Below are positions 8,933 to 19,352 of a stretch of DNA of 64,000 nucleotides, piece by piece. Position 1 is the stretch's first letter, and each line of letters starts with the position of its first letter. The notes beneath the pieces are model-generated. The model was not told the origin of the DNA. It searched no databases and was given only the letters and a program-made list of their open reading frames with translations. Position numbers and translations under genes: made by a program. The DNA lies in the NCBI GenBank assembly GCA_020348445.1, contig CP070751.1:4032662-4096661 (forward strand), given 5' to 3'. The stretch comes from Thermoplasmata archaeon (lineage in GTDB: Archaea; Thermoplasmatota; Thermoplasmata; GCA-020350865).

Positions 8933-10531
8933 ATGATACTGCTTAGAATAGAGAATCACGGGCACAGAATAGAGAGATCCTCAATATGGTTGGGCAGGAC
9001 ACGTGTTTGGATCCTTGATGAACTAAAGGAAAATAGCATCCGGGAAATCACATTAGATGTGGGAGATTATGTGGGGAATAATATTTTATCTCTAAGAGAT
9101 GCAAATGGCGAGGAGATCAGCAAGCCCATTCCATTTTTCATCGAGCCAAATGGCCTTTCCTCAGAGGAGTTCAAGAAGATCAGGCACGAGAGGATTCCAT
9201 CACTTCTTAAGAAGTTCGGGGCTGAAAATGTCCATGATGTGGTTTATGGCGGAGGTTATGCTACATATCAAATAGATGTTGAAGATTATGCCATTGATGA
9301 CCTTCTCAACCATTACAGCAAGGAGCTTATTGAATTGACAAAAAAGATCACTGAATGTCTCACGTATGCTAGTCAAAAAGAAGTTCGTAAGTACAAGTCA
9401 GAAATTAAAGGAAAGATCAAGTGGCAAAAAACCGTTAGAATGAGGTTCCAAAAGGGACTCTCCCATACCACTTCCCATGTCTGCGAAAGGAGAAAACGGA
9501 CGTTTATAACACCGTCGAATCTTCTTCTCTTAAAGTTCCACCTCGAAGTATTAACCGAAGGTGCCACAATGCTATCCAGGATCCAGCAAAGAGAAACTGA
9601 GAAGATGAGATGGAGGGGGATATATAAATTGGACAGCAGCCGTGAATATGACAAAAAGGTTCTTGATACACTCTCTGATCTAAGAAGTGTTCTTCGTGTT
9701 CATAGATACTTTTTAACAAAGGATAAATTCAGGGAGGCCCTACCCAGATTGAGGTTCATTCCCAGGGACAATCCATCCCTTATAAGGGAGGCAGAATTTG
9801 AGGCTGTGCGTGCAAAGAACCGTTCATACAAACCACTTGTTACCCTTTACAAGGATTTTATCAATAATTTTCATCCCACATTTATGAAGACCGTTCCAAT
9901 AGACACTCAGAGAACACGTGATTTCTACAGGGTCTGGGCCATGTGTGAGTTGGTAAATGCCCTTGATCTCAGATCCATAGGTCATACAATGAGGGAATTT
10001 AAAAACCGCCATGAAACAGTATTTCTCTACTTCCAGAACATAGAGTCGCTTCGCCATCCCTGGAGCGAGATTTCCGATGAATCGGCCTTATATATGGGAG
10101 GAGATATGAAAGCCGAGGACTTATCCTTTATCGGTCCAGAAATCTATCTCAGATACGAGGGTATCGATGTCTTTGTGGACACGATATATGGTGATTTTAA
10201 AGGGGGATTACCCAGAGAGAAAATCTATGAGGCCCTGGGTTACATGTATGACTTTGAATTCAAGGTGGGTATCGTGCTTTATCCGGGTTTGAGGTTTCAT
10301 ATCAAAACCGATTTAAGAGTCCCTTCTGCCTACAAGATTCTAATTGAGGCGCCTTTGCGGCCAGAAACAATTAAGACAAAGAAACAATTGGAGAAAAGGA
10401 AGGATTACTTAAGATATCTTGTCTGGGCAGCTGTGATATTGCATAGAGTCGCTAGAAAAAAAGAGGATATGGCTCGTGCTATTAAGAGCATCACAAGGAC
10501 AATTGAGGTAAAATATTCTATTAAGACATGA
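8933..10531 (+). CDS. McrC/DUF2357-like partner with a degenerate PD-(D/E)xK nuclease domain
   Basis: Directly follows mcrB. McrC-like motifs 'VGDYVG', 'KGKIKWQKT', 'TPSNLLL', and C-terminal 'PEIYL...VFVDTIY...YEALGY...GIVLYP'. Confidence 0.7.
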   Translation: MILLRIENHGHRIERSSIWLGRTRVWILDELKENSIREITLDVGDYVGNNILSLRDANGEEISKPIPFFIEPNGLSSEEFKKIRHERIPSLLKKFGAENVHDVVYGGGYATYQIDVEDYAIDDLLNHYSKELIELTKKITECLTYASQKEVRKYKSEIKGKIKWQKTVRMRFQKGLSHTTSHVCERRKRTFITPSNLLLLKFHLEVLTEGATMLSRIQQRETEKMRWRGIYKLDSSREYDKKVLDTLSDLRSVLRVHRYFLTKDKFREALPRLRFIPRDNPSLIREAEFEAVRAKNRSYKPLVTLYKDFINNFHPTFMKTVPIDTQRTRDFYRVWAMCELVNALDLRSIGHTMREFKNRHETVFLYFQNIESLRHPWSEISDESALYMGGDMKAEDLSFIGPEIYLRYEGIDVFVDTIYGDFKGGLPREKIYEALGYMYDFEFKVGIVLYPGLRFHIKTDLRVPSAYKILIEAPLRPETIKTKKQLEKRKDYLRYLVWAAVILHRVARKKEDMARAIKSITRTIEVKYSIKT

Positions 10532-10547
10532 TTGCCGATTTTCCCTT

Positions 10548-11429
10548 TCAACCTTCTTTTTCTGGATTTAATCCTTGAAATTCTCTGGTATCTTTGAGCT
10601 TTCTTAGGGTCAGATCCTCCTTTGCCTTCTTATAGAGGGTTTTGTCCATTTCTATTGCGCATTTCAGTTGTATCAGGGCTTTCTTTTTGTTTCCAACCCG
10701 AAGATATATGCGTGCCTTATTGAAATACGCATTTGCATAATCAGGGGCAAGCAATATCGCTTTATCAACTGCAGAAAGACCGGATTTGAATCTGCCAAGG
10801 AATCCTAGAACAACGCCATAATTGTTCCATATCTCGGCCTTGTTGGGATCGATTGCCAGCGCGCGCTCGAAATATTCCACAGCCTTTTCCAACATCTCTA
10901 TGCTTTCCCTCTCCTCCCTAAGCTGAGAAAGCAGTTGATAGGCTATGCCTTCGTTGTTTAGGGCGTTTAGGTTATTTGGATCGTCCTCAAGGGCTTTCTC
11001 ATATGCCATTATGGCATCCTCAAACTTCAACTGAGTGGATGAAATAATCCCCAGGGTAACCCATATATTGGCCTTGTTCCCTCCAACTTCAAGTGCTTTA
11101 CTAAGGAACTCCACAGCATCATCAAACCTGTTCAAATGGGCATACAGGTACCCCTTGGTCTCCCAGCCTATGGCATATTCGGAGTCCAGTTCCAGAGCTT
11201 TGTTTATAGCGTCATCTGCATTTTTAAAATCCCCCATTTGATAATAAACTAGACCTATGTTATTCCAAGCTTCTTTATCGCTTTCTTTCCCCTGAAGTGC
11301 ATTTTCATAGCAGCTAATGGCATCCTCAAATTCTCCTTTTTTTTCGCAATCAAGGCCTTTTAATAGCCACTTTTCGATTTCAATTCGCGGTTTGTTTTCT
11401 ATTGTCTTTTTCTTCTTTGTAATAGGCAA
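10548..11429 (-). CDS. TPR-repeat protein
   Basis: About 7 TPRs (AWNNIGLVYYQMGDF, ALNNEGIAY, IWNNYGVVL); TTG start. Confidence 0.85.
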   Translation of the reverse strand: MPITKKKKTIENKPRIEIEKWLLKGLDCEKKGEFEDAISCYENALQGKESDKEAWNNIGLVYYQMGDFKNADDAINKALELDSEYAIGWETKGYLYAHLNRFDDAVEFLSKALEVGGNKANIWVTLGIISSTQLKFEDAIMAYEKALEDDPNNLNALNNEGIAYQLLSQLREERESIEMLEKAVEYFERALAIDPNKAEIWNNYGVVLGFLGRFKSGLSAVDKAILLAPDYANAYFNKARIYLRVGNKKKALIQLKCAIEMDKTLYKKAKEDLTLRKLKDTREFQGLNPEKEG

Positions 11430-11796
11430 TTTTGCACCCCCGAGTCATTTTCAAAATTCTCTGGAGAATGAGGCTATATTAAGGATTTACGAGAAATAGC
11501 AAAAACTTTATCCTCGTATTATCACTATTGATTCTTTGAGGATAATGCAATTTTTATTTGTAGGTGAGATGTTGATTTCGGAACCGATTAATGTAATTAT
11601 CTTTAATAAGGCTCAACTTCAATTTCCTCGTTTTCCCCTTACCAGATCCAAATATTATCAACTTTGATAATTAATAAAATATATCTTTCTTTTCTCGGAA
11701 AGTTAATATAAACGGAGGAAGAAAAAGGCCTCGGAAAATCACGTTTGATTATCGTATGGGAATTTTTAAACTTACATATAACAATATAGTATAATC

Positions 11797-12222
11797 ATGA
11801 ATACCGGGGAGGTAATTGTAGTAAAGAGAGGGACTCTTCGTGACAACAACATCTTCGCAAGATGGCTTGCAGAGAGAAAGGAATTTCTCATACCCTTCTT
11901 CATTCTCTTTGTTATTGTTGATCCACTTATGACTTTCATTGGAACAAGGGCATTTAACATTCCCGAGGGAAATTTTATAGTGTCAACACTAGTTGAGGCT
12001 GAAAACGGGTGGATGATTTGGCTGGCTCTGAAAATCGTTTTCGGCTTTATTGGTACAACGTTTATGTTCTCTGCATATTATGTTATCAACACACAGAAAC
12101 TTTCTTTACATGAGAAAAGGAGGGCAACTTTTTTAGAATACAGCGCATGGTCATTTATCATATGCTTTCTTTTCATAATAATTCTACATTGGGCTTTGAA
12201 TATATCACTGGCGAATCTATAG
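11797..12222 (+). CDS. Small membrane protein (DUF5658-like)
   Basis: Three hydrophobic segments, 'DPLMTFIG...EGN' motif. Confidence 0.55.
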   Translation: MNTGEVIVVKRGTLRDNNIFARWLAERKEFLIPFFILFVIVDPLMTFIGTRAFNIPEGNFIVSTLVEAENGWMIWLALKIVFGFIGTTFMFSAYYVINTQKLSLHEKRRATFLEYSAWSFIICFLFIIILHWALNISLANL

Positions 12223-12297
12223 TATGTTTTTCAGGTGCTCTTAAAAGAAACTTATATAAACGGAGAGTACTTTCACCCAGGCAAAGAGGCAAGTCAA

Positions 12298-12633
12298 ATG
12301 AAGCTCATCGATGTATGCAGAGGTTGCGGAGCCCGAAGATTGGTGAACCATCTCAAACTCTGTAAGAGATGCAACAAGCAGGCTAGCCAATTTCTTTCTA
12401 AACAAGATATCGAGCAGGCCAGATTGGAGAGGGAGGCATTACTTGAGGCCAAGGCAAAGATGAAAGAAGCCGAGGAGCTCGCAAAAGCAGAGGCAGCGGC
12501 AGCGGCAATGGCTGCGGCTGAAGCCGAGGGCGAGGGCGAGGAGGAAAAGGAAGGGGAAAAACCTAAGGAAGGGGAAAAAGAGGGTGAGAAGAAAAAACCA
12601 GAAGATAAGGGTGAAAAGAAAGATAAGGAATAA
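12298..12633 (+). CDS. Small Zn-finger (CxxC-CxxC) protein with Ala/Glu/Lys-rich tail
   Basis: CRGC...CKRC. Start placed at ATG 12298 (GAGG upstream, TATA-like CTTATATAAA at 12251-12260) rather than the track's 12235. Confidence 0.6.
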   Translation: MKLIDVCRGCGARRLVNHLKLCKRCNKQASQFLSKQDIEQARLEREALLEAKAKMKEAEELAKAEAAAAAMAAAEAEGEGEEEKEGEKPKEGEKEGEKKKPEDKGEKKDKE

Positions 12634-12705
12634 TCCCCCACCCACTTTGTCAACATTCGAATTTATATAATATTAAATATGCTCAATAAAAACCAGAAAT
12701 TGTTT

Positions 12706-15279
12706 TTATGTTTTTGGAAACTTTATCGTGAAAGTCGTGCCGCATCCAAGCTCGCTTTCCGCTGATATTTCTCCTTGATGTTTTTTTACCAGCATCGACA
12801 CGATATATAATCCAAGATCCATGCCCCCTTCCACATTTTTCGAGTCGTAAAAAGGCTCGAAAATCCTATTTAGCTTCTCTTTGGGGATACCAACACCATT
12901 GTCAAGAATTTTTACTTCTACAAATCCATCATCAGCCCTGGTGGATATGTTAATTTTACCCTTTTTTTGTAGGGAGTCAATGGCGGTGTTCAGTAGGTTC
13001 ACAATGATTTGATGAAGCTCTGTTTGATTTCCCTTGATTTTTGGAACATCTTGGTCATCGACCTCTATGAAAATATCACATGTGCTTCTTGTATGTTTTA
13101 AGGCCTCAATGGAATTATCTATGATAATATTCAGATCCACATCTGTAATCTTGTTGTCCTTTGCCTCCCTGGAATAGTTTGAGAGCCATTTTACGATCTC
13201 TGAGGCCCTCTCGGCTGCGTTCACTATCTTCTTGGCAAAATTTTTCATCATTTCTGGATTTTCTTGATATTGTATAATCTCGGCATATCCCAATATTGTA
13301 CTAAGGGGATTGTTGATCTCATGGGCAATTCCAGAGGCTAATGTACCGATTCCAGCTAACTTTTCTGATCTAATTAATTCCTCCTCTGCCAACTTACGCT
13401 CTGTTATATCTCTAATAACGGTGATCAACCGTATGGGATTACCATTGGAGTCGATGATCCTTCCACCACTCACACTTACCGGAATCCTCCTATTCCCCTT
13501 ACCAATAACAGTTAATTCAACTGGGTTTATCAGATCCCTTTCCCAGGCATCTTCGAAGAGAGTAAGAAATTTCTCGATATCCTCAGATTTCTGCTTCTCC
13601 ATCCCAGGGATTTCCAAAAGGGATTTTCCTATGATATCATCTGGTTCTTGATCAAATAACCTGCAGTAAGCTTTGTTTGCTAAGACAACTTTCCCTTCGA
13701 GATCAAATAATAGAACTCCATCGTTCATAGCTTCGATGATATCGGCTCTTTCTCGTAAAACCTCCTCTACTTGTTTGCGCTCTGTAATATCCACCACAAT
13801 TCCTCTAATACCAGCGTTAGCTCCATCGCGAGTAACAGCATTTGCGTAAACGATCACAGGAAAGGTGCTGCCATCCTTCCGTTGCGCTTTATATTCTACT
13901 CCTTGAACCCGCTCTTGTCCAGACAATTGTGCAATATTCTTTTGCGCCCTATCGTGGTCTTCTGGAGCAAGTGCCTCGATTACATTGAATCCTTCTTTGA
14001 GATCCTGCTCCGTATATCCAAAAGCCATCAAACCCGCATGATTGGTAAATGTCAATTTTCCGGTTTCATCAGCCGTAAAGATCGTTTCAGGTAAAAGTTC
14101 AGCTAAATCCCTGAACTTTTCCTCGCTCTCTCGCAATGCTTTCTCAGCGCGTCTGCGCCCAGTGATATCTTCCAAAATGAGAGATATCCCAACCACTTCG
14201 TTTATCCTTCTAATGACAGATATATGTGCAAGCAAAATCTGCACCCGGCCCTTTATATTTGTTAATTCCCACTCGATTTTGAATCGGGGGGGCCCTTTTA
14301 GAACATCCTGCAAAGCCGAAGAAATAAATGAGTGGTCTATGTTGAAGGTGGGGAGTAATTCCATGAAGTTATCCCCAATGATATCATCTTTATCGTACCC
14401 TAGAATATTAAGGCCTTTTGGATTTATATCCAATATATTCCATTTACTATCAAGATACATTATTCCCTCGCTTGCGTTCTCAAATAAAAGCCGAAATTTA
14501 CCCTCGGACTCTCTCAAAGCCTCTTCAATTCTCTTACGCTCGGTAATGTCCCTTACTATGATTTGAACGGCATAGATCTCATCGTCTCTTTCCAACAATG
14601 AGGGAAAAACTTCGATCCATCTTTTTTCATTGTATGGTTGGATCACAAGCTCTATTGTTCCATGAAACTCCCCCCTTAAAATCTTGGAGAATATCTCCAA
14701 CATTTTTGAAAGATTATCCTCATCCAGAAGACCCAGGTCCATAAAAGGTAATCCAACAATGTTCATTCTCTTATATCCACTGATTTTTTCTGCAGCGTCG
14801 TTACATTCCAATATCGTCCCATCCAACCCGATAAGGATGACCCCTTCGGGTGATTTATCGAACAATGTTTTATATTTCTTTTGGCCTTCTTTCAATCTCC
14901 TTTCCATTTCACTCTTGTAAAGCGCCATCTCGATAGTTGATTGTAACTCGCTGCTTCCAAAAGGTTTAACTATGTATCCCAAGGGCTCGGTTATCTTTGC
15001 CCTATTGAGTAATTCTTCGTCTGTGTAGGCAGTGAGGTAAACTGTTGGTATATTGAAACGAGAGCGTAGTTCCTTTGCGGCCTCGACACCGTCAACCTCT
15101 CCCTTCAATTTTATATCCATTAACACAAGATCTGGACGAGTCTCATTTGCTTTTTGGATGGCCTCCTCCCCAGTTGTGGCAATTGCCGGAACCTCATATC
15201 CAAATGACTCCAATTTTGATTGTATGTGTGTTGCTGTGATCATTTCATCTTCAACAATCATGATCCTGGCAGATACCAT
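12706..15279 (-). CDS. Hybrid sensor histidine kinase: receiver, 4 PAS/PAC, HisKA, HATPase_c
   Basis: 'DLVLMDIKL' receiver; four 'RDITERK'-type PAC ends; H-box GIAHEINNPL; G1 DNGVGI. Confidence 0.9.
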   Translation of the reverse strand: MVSARIMIVEDEMITATHIQSKLESFGYEVPAIATTGEEAIQKANETRPDLVLMDIKLKGEVDGVEAAKELRSRFNIPTVYLTAYTDEELLNRAKITEPLGYIVKPFGSSELQSTIEMALYKSEMERRLKEGQKKYKTLFDKSPEGVILIGLDGTILECNDAAEKISGYKRMNIVGLPFMDLGLLDEDNLSKMLEIFSKILRGEFHGTIELVIQPYNEKRWIEVFPSLLERDDEIYAVQIIVRDITERKRIEEALRESEGKFRLLFENASEGIMYLDSKWNILDINPKGLNILGYDKDDIIGDNFMELLPTFNIDHSFISSALQDVLKGPPRFKIEWELTNIKGRVQILLAHISVIRRINEVVGISLILEDITGRRRAEKALRESEEKFRDLAELLPETIFTADETGKLTFTNHAGLMAFGYTEQDLKEGFNVIEALAPEDHDRAQKNIAQLSGQERVQGVEYKAQRKDGSTFPVIVYANAVTRDGANAGIRGIVVDITERKQVEEVLRERADIIEAMNDGVLLFDLEGKVVLANKAYCRLFDQEPDDIIGKSLLEIPGMEKQKSEDIEKFLTLFEDAWERDLINPVELTVIGKGNRRIPVSVSGGRIIDSNGNPIRLITVIRDITERKLAEEELIRSEKLAGIGTLASGIAHEINNPLSTILGYAEIIQYQENPEMMKNFAKKIVNAAERASEIVKWLSNYSREAKDNKITDVDLNIIIDNSIEALKHTRSTCDIFIEVDDQDVPKIKGNQTELHQIIVNLLNTAIDSLQKKGKINISTRADDGFVEVKILDNGVGIPKEKLNRIFEPFYDSKNVEGGMDLGLYIVSMLVKKHQGEISAESELGCGTTFTIKFPKT

Positions 15280-15535
15280 TATCTTCGCCTACATCCCAAT
15301 ATACCCCTCTTTATACTCTCCCCCCTTTTACATAAATTAATTTCATGATTTTAAATCCAGAAAAATGAATACTAAAAAACAGATTAAAGGATTTTGTCGA
15401 TATTATCATAAATGATAAATGGGAAATGATTCTCTTTCAAAATCAAATTTTTAATATCCCAGACTATCTTTTTTAAAAAAAAATATTAAATTAGACACCT
15501 TAAAAAGAGACGTCACATCATGGACTTAACAGGAT

Positions 15536-17746
15536 CTAAGCCTCGTAGTACTTGGCATCATAGGGTTCGGGTTTCAGACCTTTTCTTTTTCTGATATCGG
15601 CAACAACCTCGCTTTGCAGTTCCCTGGGAACCCTCTCATATCCTGAAAATTCTGTTGTCCAAAGCGCCCTTCCTCCTGTTGCAGAGCGTATGGCACTGGC
15701 AAAACCGAACATTTCGGCGACAGGGGCCTTTGATACGATTGTAGCCATGTCCTCTTCCTGCTTCATGTCCTCGATAACGGATCTTCTCTGCTGCATCTCG
15801 CGGGTTGCGTTGCCCATTAGATCTTGGGGGGTGTTTATGAACACGGTCTGTTTTGGCTCAAGTAGTATCCTTTCGGCGACACACATGGCACCATAGATAG
15901 CAGACCTAACAGCTGGAATAACCTGTGCAGGTCCTCTGTGAATGCTGTCCTCATGGAGCTTTGCATCCACTAGCCTGACCTTAAGACCCATGCATTTTTC
16001 GGCCGCAAGGGGCCCTCTGTCCATGGCTTCCTGGAATGCCTGAATACACAGTTCGATGGTCTCATGTAGATACTGAATACCCTTGGTTACGTCTATGAAC
16101 ATGTTGGAATTGTGAAAGAGTTTCACACCTTTTGCTTCCAGCTTGCTCATTCCCAGATCCTGCAGCTGTCTCGCAAGGACCTTAGAGTCCTTGATCTTAC
16201 CCCCTGAGGCTGCAGATATTTCCCCACTCTGCATTGTCTTGAGTATTTCAGGTTCAAGGGGCTCAACCTCCAGATAAAACCTGTTGTGTTTGTTGGGAGA
16301 TTTCCCCTCGAAAGGTCCACCTTTTCTCTCGATGTTCTCTCTGTACACCACGATGGGCTCAGAGGCCACGATATCAATACCGTGCTCGTTTATGATTCTG
16401 TACTGTGTTATCTCAAGGTGCAGTTCCCCCATGCCGGAAAGGAGATGCTCTCCTGTTTCCTGATTTATCTCCACATGGATGGATGGGTCTGCCTTTGCAA
16501 CTGTTCTGAGAACCTCCACCAGCTTGGGCAAATCCTTCATGTGTTTTGCCTCGATGGCCACTGTGACCACGGGATCAGAATAATGCACGATTCTCTCGAA
16601 GGCTTCCATCTCATCGTCGGAAGTGGCTGTTGAACCTGCAATGGCATCCTTCAATCCAGAAACAGCTGTGATATTCCCGGCATCCAGATGTTCTACGGTG
16701 ATTCTGTCGGCGCCTACAGACATGGCCACCTGCTGAACCCGGTTCTTTTTGGGCATTCCCACCACTTTCAATTCCATGCCCCGCTCCAATCTTCCGGAAA
16801 ATAGCCTCCCAACAGCGATCTCCCCGGCATGCGGGTCCATTAAGATCTTGGTTACCATGAGACTAACAGGACCCTTTGAACTACATTTGGTCATGGCCTG
16901 TCCGATATTGGATTCTATATCTCCGTGCCAGATGTGTGGTATCCTGTACTTCTGCGCTTCGATGGGACTCGGCATATGGCCTATGGTCATGTCCAGAAGA
17001 ACCTTGTGAATCTGGGCCTTCTTTGCTAGGGTCTTCTGATCCTTGTTCTTGCAATAATTATAGATATCATTGAAATTTATATTTGTCTTCTGCATGTATG
17101 GATATGAAATCGCCCAGTTGTAGTATGCTGAGCCAAAGGCAACACTGCCGTCTTCAACTTTCACGATCCAATCATTTTTGAACTCTTCAGGTACCATCTT
17201 TTTGATGAGGCTGTTTACCTCGTTTATTATCTTGATAAAGCGCTGTTGCATCTGCTCTGATGTGACCTTGAGCTCGTTTATGAGCCTGTCAACCTTATTT
17301 ATAAAAAGAATGGGTTTTACCTTCTCCTTTAAAGACTGGCGTACCACAGTTTCTGTCTGGGGCATCACTCCCTCCACAGCGCATACAACAACGATGCAGC
17401 CGTCCACTGCCCTCATGGCCCTTGTAACATCACCGCCAAAATCCACATGGCCGGGAGTGTCTATGAGATTGATCAGGTATTCCTTCCCCTCGTAAGAGTG
17501 CACCATGGATGCATTTGCTGCGTTGATGGTTATTCCTCTTGCCTGCTCCTGCTCATCATAGTCCAAAAGCAGCTGTTTTCCGGCAAGCTCCTCGGACATC
17601 ATACCTGCTCCGGCAATGAGGTTATCGCTCAATGTCGTTTTTCCGTGATCGATATGAGCGGCGATGCCAATGTTCCTAATCATTTCTATCTGGCCCATGA
17701 GGGCCTGAGCCTTCTTTATATTCTCTTCTTTTCTGCCCATGGTCAC
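15536..17746 (-). CDS. fusA: Translation elongation factor aEF-2
   Basis: [21 protein letters not shown], diphthamide loop [11 protein letters not shown]. Confidence 0.99.
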   Translation of the reverse strand: MTMGRKEENIKKAQALMGQIEMIRNIGIAAHIDHGKTTLSDNLIAGAGMMSEELAGKQLLLDYDEQEQARGITINAANASMVHSYEGKEYLINLIDTPGHVDFGGDVTRAMRAVDGCIVVVCAVEGVMPQTETVVRQSLKEKVKPILFINKVDRLINELKVTSEQMQQRFIKIINEVNSLIKKMVPEEFKNDWIVKVEDGSVAFGSAYYNWAISYPYMQKTNINFNDIYNYCKNKDQKTLAKKAQIHKVLLDMTIGHMPSPIEAQKYRIPHIWHGDIESNIGQAMTKCSSKGPVSLMVTKILMDPHAGEIAVGRLFSGRLERGMELKVVGMPKKNRVQQVAMSVGADRITVEHLDAGNITAVSGLKDAIAGSTATSDDEMEAFERIVHYSDPVVTVAIEAKHMKDLPKLVEVLRTVAKADPSIHVEINQETGEHLLSGMGELHLEITQYRIINEHGIDIVASEPIVVYRENIERKGGPFEGKSPNKHNRFYLEVEPLEPEILKTMQSGEISAASGGKIKDSKVLARQLQDLGMSKLEAKGVKLFHNSNMFIDVTKGIQYLHETIELCIQAFQEAMDRGPLAAEKCMGLKVRLVDAKLHEDSIHRGPAQVIPAVRSAIYGAMCVAERILLEPKQTVFINTPQDLMGNATREMQQRRSVIEDMKQEEDMATIVSKAPVAEMFGFASAIRSATGGRALWTTEFSGYERVPRELQSEVVADIRKRKGLKPEPYDAKYYEA

Positions 17747-17812
17747 ACATCCTGTGATTATATTTGATTACAATACAACAAACGTTATTGGTTTAAATCT
17801 ATTGTGCAGTGA

Positions 17813-18694
17813 TTATCTAGCAGAAGCAGCGATTCGTTCCATTTCCTCCTTCTTCGAGATGGCAAAGCTGTTCATGTCAGCCTTGGAAGCAAGGATTATC
17901 TCCTCAGCCAAACACACTTCCATACGTTTTTTATTTTTATGAGAGGAATTCACGGCACCTTTGCAAATGTTCCTTAAAGCAACATCCAATCTATGCGAGG
18001 AGGATGTGTCAACGGCCTTGGGTACTGAGATGCCCCCGAACCGAAGTCTTGTGATCTCTTCCTTTGGAGAGGAGTTTTGAAGGGCGTGTATGAGCACCTG
18101 GACTGGATTCTGCTTTGTTCTTTTCGCGATGATGTCAAAGGCATTTCTCACAGTCCGATAGGCAAATGATTTTTTACCTGTTGTATGCTCAGTCCTCATC
18201 ATGTTGTTTATCAGCCTCTCCACAACGTTTACCTTTTGCTTTCCAAACCATTTGTTTGCATGCCTCGCACCTGTATGAGGGATTCCAATAGGTGTTAGAT
18301 TGACATACCGCTTCAGTCCAGGATCATCGACAACCACATCATTTAAATTGTATTTATCGAATATGAGGGGTGCTAAACCAGGAACAAGCTCCTTACCTGT
18401 GTCCTTCTTTAATTCATTCTTTTTGGGCTTTTTCTTCTGCTCCTTTCCTTCTTCTGTCTCTTTTTCCTTTGTCTTTTTCTCCAAAGGTGTCTTTGTTGTC
18501 TCCTTCTTTATCTCTTCCTCGACTTTAACAGGTTCCTTTGGGATCTCTTTTGTTTTTTGCTCTACAATGCTCTCTTGAGGTTTTTCTTGTGTCTTGTCAG
18601 TTTCTTTTTCATCACTTTTTTCAGGTTCTTGGCTTTTTTCTTCCTCTTTCTTTTGGGTAATTTCTTTTTCGATTTTTTCATCCGATTGTTCCAT
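17813..18694 (-). CDS. rps7: 30S ribosomal protein S7 with ~105-aa Glu/Lys-rich N-terminal extension
   Basis: C-terminal S7 core (VERLINNMM, NPVQVLIHALQNSSPKEE, KKEEMERIAASAR). Confidence 0.97.
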   Translation of the reverse strand: MEQSDEKIEKEITQKKEEEKSQEPEKSDEKETDKTQEKPQESIVEQKTKEIPKEPVKVEEEIKKETTKTPLEKKTKEKETEEGKEQKKKPKKNELKKDTGKELVPGLAPLIFDKYNLNDVVVDDPGLKRYVNLTPIGIPHTGARHANKWFGKQKVNVVERLINNMMRTEHTTGKKSFAYRTVRNAFDIIAKRTKQNPVQVLIHALQNSSPKEEITRLRFGGISVPKAVDTSSSHRLDVALRNICKGAVNSSHKNKKRMEVCLAEEIILASKADMNSFAISKKEEMERIAASAR

Positions 18695-18743
18695 TTTTTC
18701 CCCTTCATCATTATCTTATAAAAAATTTATTCTTAGGTCATGA

Positions 18744-19172
18744 TCATCTAACGGGCTTCTCCTTTCTTCCGCTTACCAGTTCATTTAGTGAGATGTTGTT
18801 AACCTGGATTACTTTCAACCTCACACCAGGAATGTCGCCATAAGAGCGCCCCATCCTACCCCCGATTCCTTCCACCAAAACCTCGTCATGCTCATCAATG
18901 TAATTTATAGCTCCGTCTCCAACTGCAAAGGCGGTTATCTGCCTTCCGTTTTTAATAAGCTGCACCTTAACACATTTTCTGATGGCGGAGTTGGGCTGCT
19001 TTGCCTCGATCCCCACCTTCTCGAGAACGATTCCTCTAGCCTGTGCCGAGCCTTCCAATGGGTCGGATTTTTCTTTTAGGCGAAGCATTCTTTTTTTGTA
19101 ATATCTATCATTCCATCTGAATTTCTTTCTGTTCTTTCTCAGCTTTCGAGCCGTGTTGAGGCCTCTTGGCAG
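18744..19172 (-). CDS. rps12: 30S ribosomal protein S12 (probable CTG start)
   Basis: [10 protein letters not shown]...[15 protein letters not shown]...GDIPGVR. RBS GGAGGT (19185-19180) lies 7 nt before CTG at 19172; the track starts the ORF at 19223. Confidence 0.97.
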   Translation of the reverse strand: MPRGLNTARKLRKNRKKFRWNDRYYKKRMLRLKEKSDPLEGSAQARGIVLEKVGIEAKQPNSAIRKCVKVQLIKNGRQITAFAVGDGAINYIDEHDEVLVEGIGGRMGRSYGDIPGVRLKVIQVNNISLNELVSGRKEKPVR

Positions 19173-19352
19173 ATTCTCAACCTCCGCTTTAATATACTCA
19201 ATTATCGAGGGCTTATTTATCAATGGATGTCACAAATAAAGACATCCAAATAAGGTAGGAAAGCGGTTATTGTCGTTCTCATATATATTGTTTATTGACG
19301 AATCTAAAGGAAAAAAGGAGAAATTTCGCGTTAGAATCCATTTTCCCTGGAT

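Noticed and set aside
15536-17746. Diphthamide-lacking EF-2 paralogue
   Set aside because: The target His motif (HEDSIHRG) is intact and the gene sits in the normal rps12-rps7 operon.
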